Source of the DNA: an uncultured Anaeroplasmatales bacterium
GTDB taxonomy: Bacteria > Bacillota_I > Bacilli_A > Acholeplasmatales > WRBM01
Length of the DNA stretch: 64,000 bases
Direction: 5' to 3'
Assembly: GCA_964478425.1 (NCBI GenBank)
Contig: CAYZIB010000005.1
Coordinates: 5,297 to 69,296, forward strand
The position numbers and the translations under genes were made by a program. Every line of letters begins with the position of its first letter. The stretch's first letter is position 1. Below, piece by piece: positions 25,877 through 36,822 of the stretch. A model generated the notes under the pieces. The model did not search any database. It was given only the letters and a program-made list of their open reading frames with translations, and was not told the DNA's origin.

Positions 25877-27505
25877 TTAGATATAATATGAACTTCCACC
25901 AATAAATTCTCTTAATAAAGAATTTGCTGGAACATATTTATCAGGTATATCAATAAAATATTTTAAGAATTTTAATAATCTATTTGCTTCAATATAGTAT
26001 TGGCTATCTTCTTTTATATTTTCTAATGGTTTTATTGCATATTTTTTTAATACTGATAATTCATAACATAATTCAGAGTTAAATACATAATCAGCATTAT
26101 CTTGATTTGGATAAATCCATTTAAATTCTCCTCTTCTTACACTTGGCCACATGTCAAATGTTTTTTCAATAGGAGTGTTTCTAAATTGCATATCTCTAAC
26201 TATTCTTCTTATTAGTCTTATATCTGTAATACTTATTGGATTTTCACTATCAATATGATATTGAGGTTGTGGTGAAATATATATTTTATATTTTTGATGT
26301 TTAGGAATTGAGGTTGTTAGTAAATCATTTAAAGCATGAATTCCTTCAATTAAAATTGGAGTATTTTTATCAATTTTAACTGTTCTTTTAAATTCACGTT
26401 TTTTTAACATAAAATTATAAGTTGGTAAATTCACTTCTTCACCATTTATTAGTTTAAACATATGTTCATTAAATAAATTAATATCTAATGCATTAATATG
26501 TTCTAAATCAGGGTTTCCATCTTCATCTTTTGGAGCTTCACTTGCATTTAAATAATAATCATCAAGAGAAATCATTAAAGGTTTTATTCCTTTAGTCATT
26601 AATTCTATTCTAAGACGATTTGTAAATGTAGTTTTTCCAGATGATGAAGGACCAGCAACACAAATTAATCTTATATGTTCTAAGTCTTGTTTAATAATAT
26701 TTCCTAATTCAGCAAGCATATTTGAATGTCTTGTTTCACACATATTGACATAATCACTTATATTATTATTTTTAATATAATAATTCATTTTATAAATGTT
26801 TTTACATTCTAAGATATTTATCCATTTTCTTTCATCTTCTAATGCTCTACTAAAGTTAAAATCATCTTTAAATTCAGGGATTATTCCTTTATTTTCAGAT
26901 CTTGGATATTGAATTATAAATCCATTAGCATATAGTAAAAACTTAAAATCATTGATTAAACTTGTATTTGGTACCATATATGAATACATATAATTTTTAT
27001 ATCCGTTGCATTCATATAAATGTACTTTTTCATTTTTTCTATATTCTAACATATTAAGTTTATCTAATTTATTATCTTTTAAAAATATTTCTTCAGCATT
27101 AGTTCTTGTTAGGGTTAATCGATTAATAGAATAATTTTTTTTGCTGATTAATTTTAATTCATTATATAAATCGTTTAAAAATTGATTATTTATTTGAATT
27201 ATATTTGAATCAATTTTACAAAATATAGCTTTTGAAACACTATAATCATATGTAACAATTGCATTTTTATCTATTTTTGATATAACCATTGAAATTAAAT
27301 ATCTTAAACCCGCTTCATATATTCTCATTGATTCATAATTATCTAAAAATAAAAATTCAATATCAGCATCAAAATTAATTTCATAGTTTAATTCTCTTAA
27401 TCTATTATTAACTTTAACACAAATTGCATTTTTAGGTGCTAGATCAATTAATTTAATAGGGCTATTAAATTCCTTTATTAAACCGTTTATTTTTAATTTA
27501 AACAT
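25877..27505 (-). CDS. uridine/nucleoside kinase (PRK family) fused to N-terminal TGS/ThrRS-like domains
   Basis: The P-loop is VAGPSSSGKTTF and a PRK/Udk-like core follows. The N-terminal roughly 270 aa resemble the TGS plus second-additional-domain arrangement. The ATG at 27505 sits 8 nt after AGGA. The track start at 27514 is an alternative. Confidence 0.65.
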   Translation of the reverse strand: MFKLKINGLIKEFNSPIKLIDLAPKNAICVKVNNRLRELNYEINFDADIEFLFLDNYESMRIYEAGLRYLISMVISKIDKNAIVTYDYSVSKAIFCKIDSNIIQINNQFLNDLYNELKLISKKNYSINRLTLTRTNAEEIFLKDNKLDKLNMLEYRKNEKVHLYECNGYKNYMYSYMVPNTSLINDFKFLLYANGFIIQYPRSENKGIIPEFKDDFNFSRALEDERKWINILECKNIYKMNYYIKNNNISDYVNMCETRHSNMLAELGNIIKQDLEHIRLICVAGPSSSGKTTFTNRLRIELMTKGIKPLMISLDDYYLNASEAPKDEDGNPDLEHINALDINLFNEHMFKLINGEEVNLPTYNFMLKKREFKRTVKIDKNTPILIEGIHALNDLLTTSIPKHQKYKIYISPQPQYHIDSENPISITDIRLIRRIVRDMQFRNTPIEKTFDMWPSVRRGEFKWIYPNQDNADYVFNSELCYELSVLKKYAIKPLENIKEDSQYYIEANRLLKFLKYFIDIPDKYVPANSLLREFIGGSSYYI

Positions 27506-27515
27506 AAATATCATC

Positions 27516-30134
27516 CTATTCTAAAAAATCGTTAAATAAGTCAATTATATCGTCTTCACTATCATTTTTATCTAAATCAATATCTAATCCTTTAAAAATA
27601 TCAATTTTATCTTCTTTATTAGTTTTAGCTTCTATTTTTTCAATTGTATTATTTTCTAAAATATCAAATTCTTCTTTTTTTAATGTATCATTTATTAAAA
27701 TATCAATAGGTTCACCAAGTGTTTTTGTATCTACTAATAATATTCCACTATCTGATTGTGAATTTTTTAAATCTTTAGCTTTTATTTCTAAATTAGATAT
27801 TAAATTAATTATAGTTACATCTACATTTTCTTTTAATTGTTCAGGTGATAATCTTTTTGCAGAAACTACTATATGAGGATTTGTTTTAATGTATTTAATC
27901 ATTTGAGTTCCTCTACGATATCTTGAAAATAATTTTAATTCACTTACTTTAAATCTTTTTATGTTACCTCTATTTGTTAATAGAACAAATTCATCGTTAT
28001 TTCTAGTATAATTAGCAGATGCTAAATAATCGTTTTCTTGTAATTTTAATCCGTAAACTCCAGAAGCATTAGTTTTAACAATTGAAATTTCGCTTGCTCT
28101 AAATTTTAATACTTCTCCTTTTTCACTAGTTAAAATAATATTAGTAGGCATTTCCATAATATCACAACTTCTTAAATAATCGTCTTTAGCAAGATTTATT
28201 GCTTTAATACTTGTTTTATATCTAGTAACTAAGAAATCTTTTAATAAAGTTTGTTTTACATATCCTTTTTTACTTGCTAAAAGAATAACTTTATTTTCAT
28301 TAAAGTCTTTTATATGAAATACTTTAATTATTTTTTCTTCATTTTGAATTTTTATTACATTATTAATATATGTTCCTATATCTTTCCATTTAAAATCTGG
28401 GATTTCATAAACAGGTAAGAATAGATAATTACCAAGATTTGTAAAAATCAATAAAGTATCTTTCATGTTTATTTCTTTTTGGAAGATATATGTATCATTT
28501 TCTTTCATTCCATTTACAGTAGATGTTTTTAATGATTTTAAACTTGAACGTTTAATATATCCATCTTTTGATACTTGGACCATTACATCATCATTACTAA
28601 TTAAATCTATTTCATTAATCTTTATTTGAGAAATTTCATTTTCAATAAGAGATCTTCTAGGATCACTATATAAATTAGAGACTTCTAATAATTCTTTTTT
28701 TATTACATCCATCAGAGTTTTTTCATTAGATAATATTTTATTTAAGAATTTTATTTTCTTTTCAAGTTCAATATTTTCTAATTCTAAAGCTTTAACATCA
28801 GTATTTGATAATCTATATAGTTGTAACATAACAATTGCTTCTGCTTGTTGTTCTGAAAAATCAAATTTTTTAATTAAATTTTCTTTTGAATCAGCTTTAT
28901 TTTTACTTTCCCTAATTGTAGTAATTACACTATCCAATATAGAAACCATTTTAATTAAACCTAAAACAATGTGTAATCTTTTTTTAGATTTTTCTAATTC
29001 ATAATTTGATCTATTTGTAATTACTTCTTTTTGATGATTAATATATGCACTAAGCATTGGAATTATTCCTTGACATAGTGGTCTTCTGTTACAAATTGAA
29101 ACCATATTAAAATTATATGAAACTTGTAAATCAGTATTTTTAAATAAATAGTTTAAAACTAGTTCTTTATTAGCATTTTTCTTTAAATCGATTGCAATTC
29201 TTAAACCTTCTCTGTCTGATTCATCTCTTACTTCAACATAATCTTCAAATTTTTTATCAATTCTTATTTGATCAATTTTTTTAACTAATTCACTTTTATT
29301 AACTTCATAAGGAATTTCTGTAATTATTAATCTATCAAACCCTTTAGCTTCTTCAAAATGAGTTTTTGCTCTAATAATTATTTTTCCACGTCCTGTTTTA
29401 TATGCTTCTTTAATTCCATCAATTCCTTGTATAATTCCACCTGTTGGAAAATCAGGGCCTTTAATAAAATTCATAATTTCATCTAAAGAAGCATCAGGAT
29501 TATCAATTAAATAAATTGTTCCATCTATAACTTCTTTTAAGTTATGTGGTGGAATTTCTGTTGCATATCCCGCAGATATTCCGCTTGCCCCATTAATTAA
29601 TAAATTCGGAAATTTAGCAGGTAAAACTATTGGTTCTAATTCTTCATCATCAAAATTTGGAACAAAATCTACTGTTCTTTTATCTAAATCAGCTAATAAT
29701 AATTCACTTGCTTTTGATAATCTTGCTTCTGTATAACGCATTGCAGCTGCACTATCACCATCTATTGAACCGTTATTTCCTTGCATATCTATTAATGGCA
29801 TTCGCATTTTAAAATCTTGTGACATTCTTACTAATGCATCATAAATACTTGTATCTCCGTGTGGGTGATATTTACCCATTACTTCACCACAAATACGAGC
29901 AGATTTTTTAAATGGTTTATCAGAAAAAATTCCAAGTTTATATACACCATATAAAATTCTTCTTTGAACAGGTTTTAATCCATCTCTTACATCAGGGATT
30001 GCTCTGTCTTGAATAATATATTTTGCATATTTACCAAATCTATCTCCTACAATATCTTCTAGGCGTTCTTTGATTAATTTATCATGCATATTATCTAATT
30101 GATCTAATTTTTCTTTAATAGTCTTACTCATCAT
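27516..30134 (-). CDS. parC: DNA topoisomerase IV subunit A
   Basis: 872 aa. [32 protein letters not shown] is the ParC-type signature of Gram-positives. The active-site region is AAMRYTE. It has an acidic C-terminal tail and overlaps parE by 11 nt. Confidence 0.9.
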   Translation of the reverse strand: MMSKTIKEKLDQLDNMHDKLIKERLEDIVGDRFGKYAKYIIQDRAIPDVRDGLKPVQRRILYGVYKLGIFSDKPFKKSARICGEVMGKYHPHGDTSIYDALVRMSQDFKMRMPLIDMQGNNGSIDGDSAAAMRYTEARLSKASELLLADLDKRTVDFVPNFDDEELEPIVLPAKFPNLLINGASGISAGYATEIPPHNLKEVIDGTIYLIDNPDASLDEIMNFIKGPDFPTGGIIQGIDGIKEAYKTGRGKIIIRAKTHFEEAKGFDRLIITEIPYEVNKSELVKKIDQIRIDKKFEDYVEVRDESDREGLRIAIDLKKNANKELVLNYLFKNTDLQVSYNFNMVSICNRRPLCQGIIPMLSAYINHQKEVITNRSNYELEKSKKRLHIVLGLIKMVSILDSVITTIRESKNKADSKENLIKKFDFSEQQAEAIVMLQLYRLSNTDVKALELENIELEKKIKFLNKILSNEKTLMDVIKKELLEVSNLYSDPRRSLIENEISQIKINEIDLISNDDVMVQVSKDGYIKRSSLKSLKTSTVNGMKENDTYIFQKEINMKDTLLIFTNLGNYLFLPVYEIPDFKWKDIGTYINNVIKIQNEEKIIKVFHIKDFNENKVILLASKKGYVKQTLLKDFLVTRYKTSIKAINLAKDDYLRSCDIMEMPTNIILTSEKGEVLKFRASEISIVKTNASGVYGLKLQENDYLASANYTRNNDEFVLLTNRGNIKRFKVSELKLFSRYRRGTQMIKYIKTNPHIVVSAKRLSPEQLKENVDVTIINLISNLEIKAKDLKNSQSDSGILLVDTKTLGEPIDILINDTLKKEEFDILENNTIEKIEAKTNKEDKIDIFKGLDIDLDKNDSEDDIIDLFNDFLE

Positions 30135-32070
30135 AAATCACTTCCTCAATTTGGAATGAATCTTCTAATGTAAATGATACATGATTATCTATCCAATCTC
30201 TTCTTGATTCAACATTATTACCCATTAAAACAGAAACTCTTTGATCAGCATCACTTAAATCATCAATATGAACTTGAATAAGTGTTCTTGTTTTAGGATC
30301 CATTGTAGTTTCCCATAATTGGTCAGCATTCATTTCCCCAAGACCTTTATATCTTTGAATATTATATGATGATTGATTTTTAGTTAAGGCTTTTAATTCT
30401 TCATCACTCCATGCATAATGAATTTCATTTTTTCCTTTAACTTTTCTTGTGATTTTATATAAAGGAGGTAATGCTATATATACTTTTCCTGCTTCTACTA
30501 ATTTAGTCATATATCTAAAAAAGAATGTTAATAATAATACTTGAATATGAGCACCATCAGTATCAGCATCGGTCATAATTATTATTTTATCGTAATTACA
30601 TTTTTTTAAATCAAAATCAAGCCCAAAATCAGCTCCAATTGTATGAATTATAGTATTTATTTCTTCGTTTTTTAAAAATTCTTCTGGCCTAGTTTTTTCA
30701 ACATTCAATACTTTACCTCTTAATGGTAAAATTGCTTGAAATTTTCTATCTCTACCTTGTTTTGCTGAACCACCAGCTGAATCACCTTCGACAATAAATA
30801 ATTCATTTATATCTTTATTTTTACTTTGAGCTGGAGATAATTTTCCACTTAAATTAGTTTCTTTTTTGTTTTTTGCTTTTCCAATTCTTGCTTCTTCTCT
30901 AGCTTTTCTTGCTGCTTCTCTTACTTTATATGCTTTTAATGTTTTAGAAATTATTTCGTTTGCTAATTCTTTATTTTCTTCTAAAAAATAAGTGAATTTA
31001 TCATAAAAAACATTATCTAATGCATTTCTTGCTTCTGGTGTTCCTAATTTAGATTTTGTTTGACCTTCAAATTGTAAAATATCTTCTTTTATTCTAACAG
31101 ATACAATTGCAGTCATTCCTTCTCTTATATCTACACCTTCTAAATTTGGATCTTTTTCTTTTAATATATGGTATTTTCTTGCATAATCGTTAATTGATTT
31201 TGTTAATGCCATTTTAAATCCAACTTCATGTGTACCACCATCTATTGTTCTTACATTATTAACAAAAGATAATATTGTTTCACTATATGATTTTGTATAT
31301 TGTAAAGCTACTTCTACTAATATTTCATTAAATTCTCCTGTAAAATCACAAACAGGGGCTGTTGTATCTTTTCCTTTATTTAAGAATTCAACATATTCAT
31401 TAATTCCTTTTTCATAACAAAAAGTTTCAGTTTTTTTATCTTTTTCACTTATTAAAACCATTTTTAATCCTCTGATTAAAAAGGCTTGTTCACGCATTCT
31501 TTCTTTAATAGTATTATAATCATATACAGTTGTTGAAAAAATAGTTGGATCTGGTTTAAAATGAACTTTTGTTCCAGTTTTTTTACTTTGACCTAATATT
31601 TTTAAAGGTTCAATATCTTTACCACCATTTTTATATGTTTGAGTATAAATATTTCCATCTCTTTGAATTGTTACTGTTAAATATGTTGATAAAGCAGTAA
31701 CTACAGATGATCCAACACCATGTAAACCACCGCTTGCTTTATATCCACCTTCACTTGAAAATTTACCACCAGCATGTAACACTGTATAAACAACTTGACA
31801 TGTTGGTATATTTGATTTATGCATCCCACAAGGGACACCTCGCCCAAAATCTTCAACTGTTATTGAATTATCTTCATGTATTGTTACTATAATTTCATTT
31901 CCATATCCTGCTAAAACTTCATCTACTGCATTATCGATTATTTCCCATACTAAATGATGCAACCCCCTATGATCAGTAGAACCTATATACATCCCAGGTC
32001 TTTTACGAACTGGTTCTAATCCTTGAAGTATTTGAATGGAATCAGCATTATATTCTTGCTTTTTCGCCAT
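30124..32070 (-). CDS. parE: DNA topoisomerase IV subunit B
   Basis: 648 aa. [16 protein letters not shown] marks the GHKL ATPase. The Toprim motifs EGDSAGG and PLRGK and the MTDADTDG block are present. Confidence 0.9.
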   Translation of the reverse strand: MAKKQEYNADSIQILQGLEPVRKRPGMYIGSTDHRGLHHLVWEIIDNAVDEVLAGYGNEIIVTIHEDNSITVEDFGRGVPCGMHKSNIPTCQVVYTVLHAGGKFSSEGGYKASGGLHGVGSSVVTALSTYLTVTIQRDGNIYTQTYKNGGKDIEPLKILGQSKKTGTKVHFKPDPTIFSTTVYDYNTIKERMREQAFLIRGLKMVLISEKDKKTETFCYEKGINEYVEFLNKGKDTTAPVCDFTGEFNEILVEVALQYTKSYSETILSFVNNVRTIDGGTHEVGFKMALTKSINDYARKYHILKEKDPNLEGVDIREGMTAIVSVRIKEDILQFEGQTKSKLGTPEARNALDNVFYDKFTYFLEENKELANEIISKTLKAYKVREAARKAREEARIGKAKNKKETNLSGKLSPAQSKNKDINELFIVEGDSAGGSAKQGRDRKFQAILPLRGKVLNVEKTRPEEFLKNEEINTIIHTIGADFGLDFDLKKCNYDKIIIMTDADTDGAHIQVLLLTFFFRYMTKLVEAGKVYIALPPLYKITRKVKGKNEIHYAWSDEELKALTKNQSSYNIQRYKGLGEMNADQLWETTMDPKTRTLIQVHIDDLSDADQRVSVLMGNNVESRRDWIDNHVSFTLEDSFQIEEVIYDE

Positions 32071-32188
32071 AATCGCACATCCTTTTTATCGATATTATAT
32101 CATATATAATATTATTAAACAATAATTTAAATTTAATTTTTTGTTGTAGTTTAAGTGAGATAATGTTATAATATTTTAGGTGATTTTT

Positions 32189-32809
32189 ATGATTTACAAT
32201 ATTTTATTTTTAATATTAGCTTATCTTATTGGATCATTTCCTAGTGCGTTAGTAATTGGAAAATTATTAAAAGGTATTGATGTTAGAGAATATGGAAGTA
32301 AAAATCTTGGTTCTACTAATGCAGTTAGAACTATGGGATTAAAAATTGGATTACTTGTATTTATTTTAGATTTAATTAAACCAATGATTATTTTACTTAT
32401 TGTTAAATTTAATTTATTTAATATAGAAGGATTACTACCAGCAGGAATATTTGGAATTGTTTCTTGTATTGGCCATTCATATCCAATATTTGCTAGATTT
32501 AAAGGTGGAAAATGTGTTGCTAGTAGTCTTGGAATTGTTTTATGTTTATCTCCTATTTGTGGAGTAATTGCGATTATATCATTTTTAATTAATATGCTTA
32601 TTCATGGATATGTATCTGTTAGTTCTACTATTAGTACATTGTTAGTCTTAATTAGTTACATATTTATTTATTTATTTTTTGGTGGGGATTTAGAAGTATT
32701 AATCTGCTTTATTTTATTATGTTTATTAATCTGTTATAGACATATTCCAAATTATAAAAGATTGATTAAAGGTGAAGAAAAGTCATTTAAAAAAAGAAAT
32801 CTAGTTTAA
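32189..32809 (+). CDS. plsY: glycerol-3-phosphate acyltransferase PlsY
   Basis: MIYNILFLILAYLIGSFP....GSKNLGSTN..R..G is the PlsY signature. I prefer the ATG at 32189 to the GTG at 32180. It is divergent from parE as in B. subtilis (yneS-parEC). Confidence 0.9.
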   Translation: MIYNILFLILAYLIGSFPSALVIGKLLKGIDVREYGSKNLGSTNAVRTMGLKIGLLVFILDLIKPMIILLIVKFNLFNIEGLLPAGIFGIVSCIGHSYPIFARFKGGKCVASSLGIVLCLSPICGVIAIISFLINMLIHGYVSVSSTISTLLVLISYIFIYLFFGGDLEVLICFILLCLLICYRHIPNYKRLIKGEEKSFKKRNLV

Positions 32810-34123
32810 AACTTGATTTCTTTTTTTTATAAAAGGTAAAATTATAGATAATAAAACCATAACTCGATAATTTAAAAATGTTGTATCTACAAATCCATGA
32901 ATTAATAAATAAAGTATTAAGAGTAATATCATTAAGTTATAATTATCAGTACTGAATGCTTCTTTTATTATACATATTATAAAATATATGAACATAATAA
33001 ATCCAAAAATACCTGTACATGATAATATTTGTAAATAAATATTATGATAATTTTTTATCATTGTATTATAGTTTAAATTTAGATAATAAATAGATGTATG
33101 TGACCCTGTACCAAATATTGGATGTTTTATAAAATTTTCAATGCCGACTTTATATAAAATAAATCTTCCATTATCATCTAAACCTTTATCGAATAATATA
33201 TTCAGCATTTTATCTAATATACCCGTAAAATATGTTGTTAAAATAATAATTATTATTGGAATAATCATACAATATATAATATCTAAAAATGTTTTTTTCT
33301 TATCGTTACTTTTTTTAAATAATATTATTATACTAATAATAAAAGTTGGAATTAATGCTAAAATACTTCCTCTACATTGTAAATAAACAGGTATAATTAT
33401 TGCTATTAATGCAAAAAGTAAAAATATTTTCTTTTTAGATTCTAAATATAAATACAAAATAAATGGATAACACATCATAAATAATAATGCTATATGAGTT
33501 GAAAAATTAGACCAACACAACGTTATTTCTTTAGCATTATAAATATATTTTAAATCAAAATTATGATTTATTAAAAATACAAATATTTGTAATAACATAA
33601 AAATCATTAAGCATAACATGTTAATTGAAACATATTTTTGATTATCTTTTAAATCATCTTTAGTATTTAAAAAATAAATAATTGGAAGCATCCAAATTAT
33701 AAATCTTAATAAATCATTAAATGCATATATAAAACTATTTTCATCTATTATATAACTTGCAATAACAGATAATATTATTGCAAATAAATATGTAAAATAA
33801 CCATATAAAATAGGATTTTTAATATTTATTTTTTTTCTTTTTAATATATCGATTGTTAATATTAAAACTATTAAAATCATTGATCCATAATAAAAATAAT
33901 AATTTATTCCATTACTAGGTAATTTAAATCCAACAACATATATTAAAAAAGCTGGAATTAAACTTCTTCTATCTAAATCAAGTTTTAAAATAAAGAAACT
34001 AAATATTACTAGTAGACTAGTAAATACAATATATCCACTAAATAAAAAATTTATAAACGCCAATATAAAGATTACTGGAATAAATAAATTGGAATTTATA
34101 AATTTTTTTATATTTTCTTGCAT
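32801..34123 (-). CDS. O-antigen ligase/polymerase-like (Wzy_C family) polytopic membrane protein
   Basis: 440 aa with at least 10 TM helices. The characteristic block is GTGSHTS....NYHNIYLQILSCTGIFGF. Its 3' end overlaps the plsY 3' end by 9 bp, convergently. Confidence 0.6.
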   Translation of the reverse strand: MQENIKKFINSNLFIPVIFILAFINFLFSGYIVFTSLLVIFSFFILKLDLDRRSLIPAFLIYVVGFKLPSNGINYYFYYGSMILIVLILTIDILKRKKINIKNPILYGYFTYLFAIILSVIASYIIDENSFIYAFNDLLRFIIWMLPIIYFLNTKDDLKDNQKYVSINMLCLMIFMLLQIFVFLINHNFDLKYIYNAKEITLCWSNFSTHIALLFMMCYPFILYLYLESKKKIFLLFALIAIIIPVYLQCRGSILALIPTFIISIIILFKKSNDKKKTFLDIIYCMIIPIIIIILTTYFTGILDKMLNILFDKGLDDNGRFILYKVGIENFIKHPIFGTGSHTSIYYLNLNYNTMIKNYHNIYLQILSCTGIFGFIMFIYFIICIIKEAFSTDNYNLMILLLILYLLIHGFVDTTFLNYRVMVLLSIILPFIKKRNQVLN

Positions 34124-34125
34124 AA

Positions 34126-34353
34126 TTATTTTTTACTATTCATTTGGTTCATTATTTGACGAACTTGTTTTTCAGAAGGTGTTCTTCCCATTCCTTGCAT
34201 CATTGCTCTTATCATTTGTTCATTAACTGGAGGATTTTTCTCAAGTTGTCTTTTGAACACTTTCATAGCTACTAAAAACCCTATAATAAACCCAACTATA
34301 ACTGCAATAATAGGTAAAGCAATTTGCCAACCTGTACTCATATATATAATCAT
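34126..34353 (-). CDS. yneF: UPF0154 family membrane protein (YneF-like)
   Basis: 75 aa with one TM helix followed by ...LEKNPPVNEQMIRAMMQGMGRTPSEKQVRQIMNQM. This is a near-textbook YneF family sequence. AAGGAG lies 9 nt upstream. Confidence 0.8.
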   Translation of the reverse strand: MIIYMSTGWQIALPIIAVIVGFIIGFLVAMKVFKRQLEKNPPVNEQMIRAMMQGMGRTPSEKQVRQIMNQMNSKK

Positions 34354-34479
34354 AATTTAAAACTCCTTTTTTTTTAGTATTTTACACTAATATTAAAAAA
34401 TATTCAAGCATATTCTTTTATCTCTTTACTTTTTTTAATTTGTTTGTTATAATAAATTATCAAAAAAGGAGTGTATAAA

Positions 34480-34647
34480 ATGCCTAGAAAGATTACAGAT
34501 GCTTGTCTTGCATGCGGAACTTGCCAAGTTGATTGTCCTGTTTCATGCATTTCAGAAGGAGAAATCTACGTTATAGATGCAGATTCTTGTATCGATTGTG
34601 GTGTATGTGAATCAGTATGCCCAGTTTCAGCAATAATCGCTGAATAA
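34480..34647 (+). CDS. fdx: 2[4Fe-4S] clostridial-type ferredoxin (55 aa, absent from the ORF track)
   Basis: The translation is MPRKITDACLACGTCQVDCPVSCISEGEIYVIDADSCIDCGVCESVCPVSAIIAE. It has two CxxCxxCxxxCP motifs. An AAGGAG RBS, an extended -10 TGtTATAAT at 34445-34453 and a terminator directly after support it. Confidence 0.9.
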   Translation: MPRKITDACLACGTCQVDCPVSCISEGEIYVIDADSCIDCGVCESVCPVSAIIAE

Positions 34648-34675
34648 AAATTCCAAAATTTTGGAATTTTTTTTA
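34648..34675 (+). terminator. intrinsic terminator after fdx
   Basis: The palindrome pairs AAATTCCAAAA with TTTTGGAATTT. A T-run follows. Confidence 0.75.
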
Positions 34676-34726
34676 TTTATTAACCATTTTTATAATTTCT
34701 CATAGATTAAATATGGGAGGATAAAA

Positions 34727-35134
34727 ATGAAATTAGGAAAAGCATATATTAAAAATCAAGATTTTAAAAACTTATATGATTTAAATGAAAGATTTTTAAG
34801 AGGAAATAGTTTTAATGATTTATATAGCTTTTATAAATTAGTTCCTAAAACTAAAAATATTGATAATTTAACAAATCAAGAAAGAATTTTACTTTTAATT
34901 CAAGAATATAATTTTGCTTTAATTGATTTAGCGTTATTTTTAGATACTCATCCAAATTGTAAAAATGCTATTGATGAATATTTATTTATTAATAAAGAAT
35001 TAACTAAATTAAAACAATTTTATAAAAATAATTATGAAATGCTTGAATTAGATTTACCATCTAATTTAACTAATGAATTTACTTGGGCTTTAAAGAGCTT
35101 TCCATGGGAGGATAATTATAATGTGGAAGTATGA
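34727..35134 (+). CDS. cotJB: spore coat protein CotJB with an N-terminal CotJA-like segment (apparent fusion)
   Basis: aa 55-135, LLLIQEYNFALIDLALFLDTHPNCKNAIDEY, match the CotJB family. aa 1-37, LGKAYIKNQDFKNLYDLNERFLRGNSFNDLYSFY, follow the CotJA pattern AY[VI]..Q.......E..L.[KR]G..F..LY..Y. Confidence 0.7.
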   Translation: MKLGKAYIKNQDFKNLYDLNERFLRGNSFNDLYSFYKLVPKTKNIDNLTNQERILLLIQEYNFALIDLALFLDTHPNCKNAIDEYLFINKELTKLKQFYKNNYEMLELDLPSNLTNEFTWALKSFPWEDNYNVEV

Positions 35135-35687
35135 AAAAATTCTTGAATTTCCAGTAAATATTAAGAAAAAAGATTTAAAAATGGCTAAATATTTAGTTAC
35201 TCAATTTGGTGGTGGAAATGGAGAATTAGGAGCGGCTTTAAGATATTTAACTCAAAGATTTATTATGCCTACAAATGAAGCTAAAGCTTTATTAACTGAT
35301 ATTGGTACTGAAGAATTAGCACATATTGAAATGATTATTACTATGATTTATCAATTAACTAAAGATGCTACTGTTGATGAGTTAAAAGAAGCTGGTTTAG
35401 ATACTAATTATGCAGAACATGGTAATGCTATTTTTGCAAGTAATAGTAATGGAGTCCCTTTTACTGCTTCTTATATAAGTATTAGTGAAGATTATATTGC
35501 ATGTTTATTAGAAGATTTAGCTGCCGAAGAAAAAGCAAGAGCCTGTTATGAACAATTAATGAATATGACTGATGATGTTGATATATTAGAACCGTTATCA
35601 TTTTTAAGGCAAAGAGAAATAGTTCATTTCCAAAGATTTGGAGAAATGCTTGTTAAACTTCAAGAATTAAAAGAAAATAAAAATTAA
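35121..35687 (+). CDS. cotJC: spore coat protein CotJC (manganese-catalase/ferritin-like family)
   Basis: 188 aa. ...AKYL..QFGG..GELGAALRYL.Q......LLTDIGTEELAHIEM... is typical of CotJC. It overlaps cotJB by 14 nt. Confidence 0.85.
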   Translation: MWKYEKILEFPVNIKKKDLKMAKYLVTQFGGGNGELGAALRYLTQRFIMPTNEAKALLTDIGTEELAHIEMIITMIYQLTKDATVDELKEAGLDTNYAEHGNAIFASNSNGVPFTASYISISEDYIACLLEDLAAEEKARACYEQLMNMTDDVDILEPLSFLRQREIVHFQRFGEMLVKLQELKENKN

Positions 35688-35710
35688 AATTAATATATAA
35701 AAAAAATAAA

Positions 35711-36193
35711 TCACAAAAGATTTATTTTTTTATTTAATTCTTTACTTACGCATTCTGGTACTAAATTTTTAATATCTTTTCTAAATGAAGCTATTTCTTT
35801 AACTACTGAACTTGATAAATAAGAATAATTTTTATTAGATGTCATAAATATAGTTTCTATTTCACTATCTAATATTTTATTTGTATCAGCCATTTGTAAT
35901 TCATATTCAAAATCAGTTACTGCTCTTAAACCACGCAAAATAAAGTTAATATTATGTTTTTTAGCAAAATCAACGACTAATTCATCACAAGTTAATACCT
36001 TAACATTTTTAATATCTTTAGTAGCTTCTTTGATTAAATTATATCTTTCTTCTACTGTAAATAATGTTTTTTTATTTTTATTAATCGCAATAACTATATA
36101 TAATTCATCAAACATTTTAGATCCTCTTTTAATTATATCTAAATGCCCATTTGTAATAGGATCAAATGTTCCTGGATACATACATTTTTTCAT
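35711..36193 (-). CDS. coaD: phosphopantetheine adenylyltransferase
   Basis: 160 aa. YPGTFDPITNGHLDII is the motif. rsmD-coaD order matches B. subtilis ylbH-ylbI. Confidence 0.93.
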   Translation of the reverse strand: MKKCMYPGTFDPITNGHLDIIKRGSKMFDELYIVIAINKNKKTLFTVEERYNLIKEATKDIKNVKVLTCDELVVDFAKKHNINFILRGLRAVTDFEYELQMADTNKILDSEIETIFMTSNKNYSYLSSSVVKEIASFRKDIKNLVPECVSKELNKKINLL

Positions 36194-36197
36194 ATTT

Positions 36198-36740
36198 TTA
36201 CTCCTTTTTTAATATGGTTACTGTCATTATACCATATGATACTTCTTTTATTATTTTAAAATTATCATTTAAAATTCTATTTTCATTTAGATGTTCTAAA
36301 ACAATTATAGCATTATCTTTTAATAAATCAAATTCAATTAATTTATCTATAATATTATTTAATATATTTAATTTATATGGTGGGTCTAAAAAGATTAAAT
36401 CAAACTTAATATTATGTCTTTTAAAATAATTTAGTGCTTGATTATAATCATTTTTAATGACTAATCCATCTTTTTCATTTAAAATATCTAAATTTTCTTT
36501 AATTGTTTTTATTGCTTCATAATTATTATCTATAAAATAACATTTATTATAACCTCTACTTAATGCTTCAAGTCCTAATGAACCTGTTCCTGCAAATAAA
36601 TCAAGACAATTATCGTATAATAAATAAGGTGTTATAATGTTAAAAATTGCTTCTCTTACTTTATCTATTGTCGGTCTAGTATAATCGTTTTTAATATATT
36701 TAATATTTCTTCTTTTATATTTCCCACTTATTATACGCAT
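36198..36740 (-). CDS. rsmD: 16S rRNA (guanine966-N2)-methyltransferase RsmD (YlbH)
   Basis: 180 aa. The SAM motif is LDLFAGTGSLGLEALSRG and the DPPY motif is FLDPPY. Confidence 0.88.
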   Translation of the reverse strand: MRIISGKYKRRNIKYIKNDYTRPTIDKVREAIFNIITPYLLYDNCLDLFAGTGSLGLEALSRGYNKCYFIDNNYEAIKTIKENLDILNEKDGLVIKNDYNQALNYFKRHNIKFDLIFLDPPYKLNILNNIIDKLIEFDLLKDNAIIVLEHLNENRILNDNFKIIKEVSYGIMTVTILKKE

Positions 36741-36822
36741 TTTAATCCCTCCCTTTTATCTATATATTATATAATATTTTTTAAATTATGTATATTTTTT
36801 TTTAGATTGTAAATAATAATAT

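Noticed and set aside
33141-33386. 81-aa plus-strand ORF inside the Wzy-like gene. Similar short antisense ORFs lie at 3880-4080, 5671-5856, 7229-7492, 10831-11052, 22969-23154, 29630-29812, 31707-31892, 39994-40191, 46158-46346, 49726-49947, 50502-50786, 57441-57638 and 62306-62509.
   Set aside because: All lie antisense to, or out of frame within, longer homology-supported genes. In AT-rich DNA such frames stay open by chance.
35121-35687. CotJC as a stand-alone oxidative-stress manganese catalase.
   Set aside because: It is overlap-coupled to a CotJB gene, and the N-terminal CotJC-type sequence (MWKYEK...) favours the coat-protein subfamily. Enzymatic activity is not excluded.
36030-36429. 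Two plus-strand ORFs (60 and 87 aa) across coaD and rsmD.
   Set aside because: Both are antisense to well-supported genes, and their translations are low-complexity.
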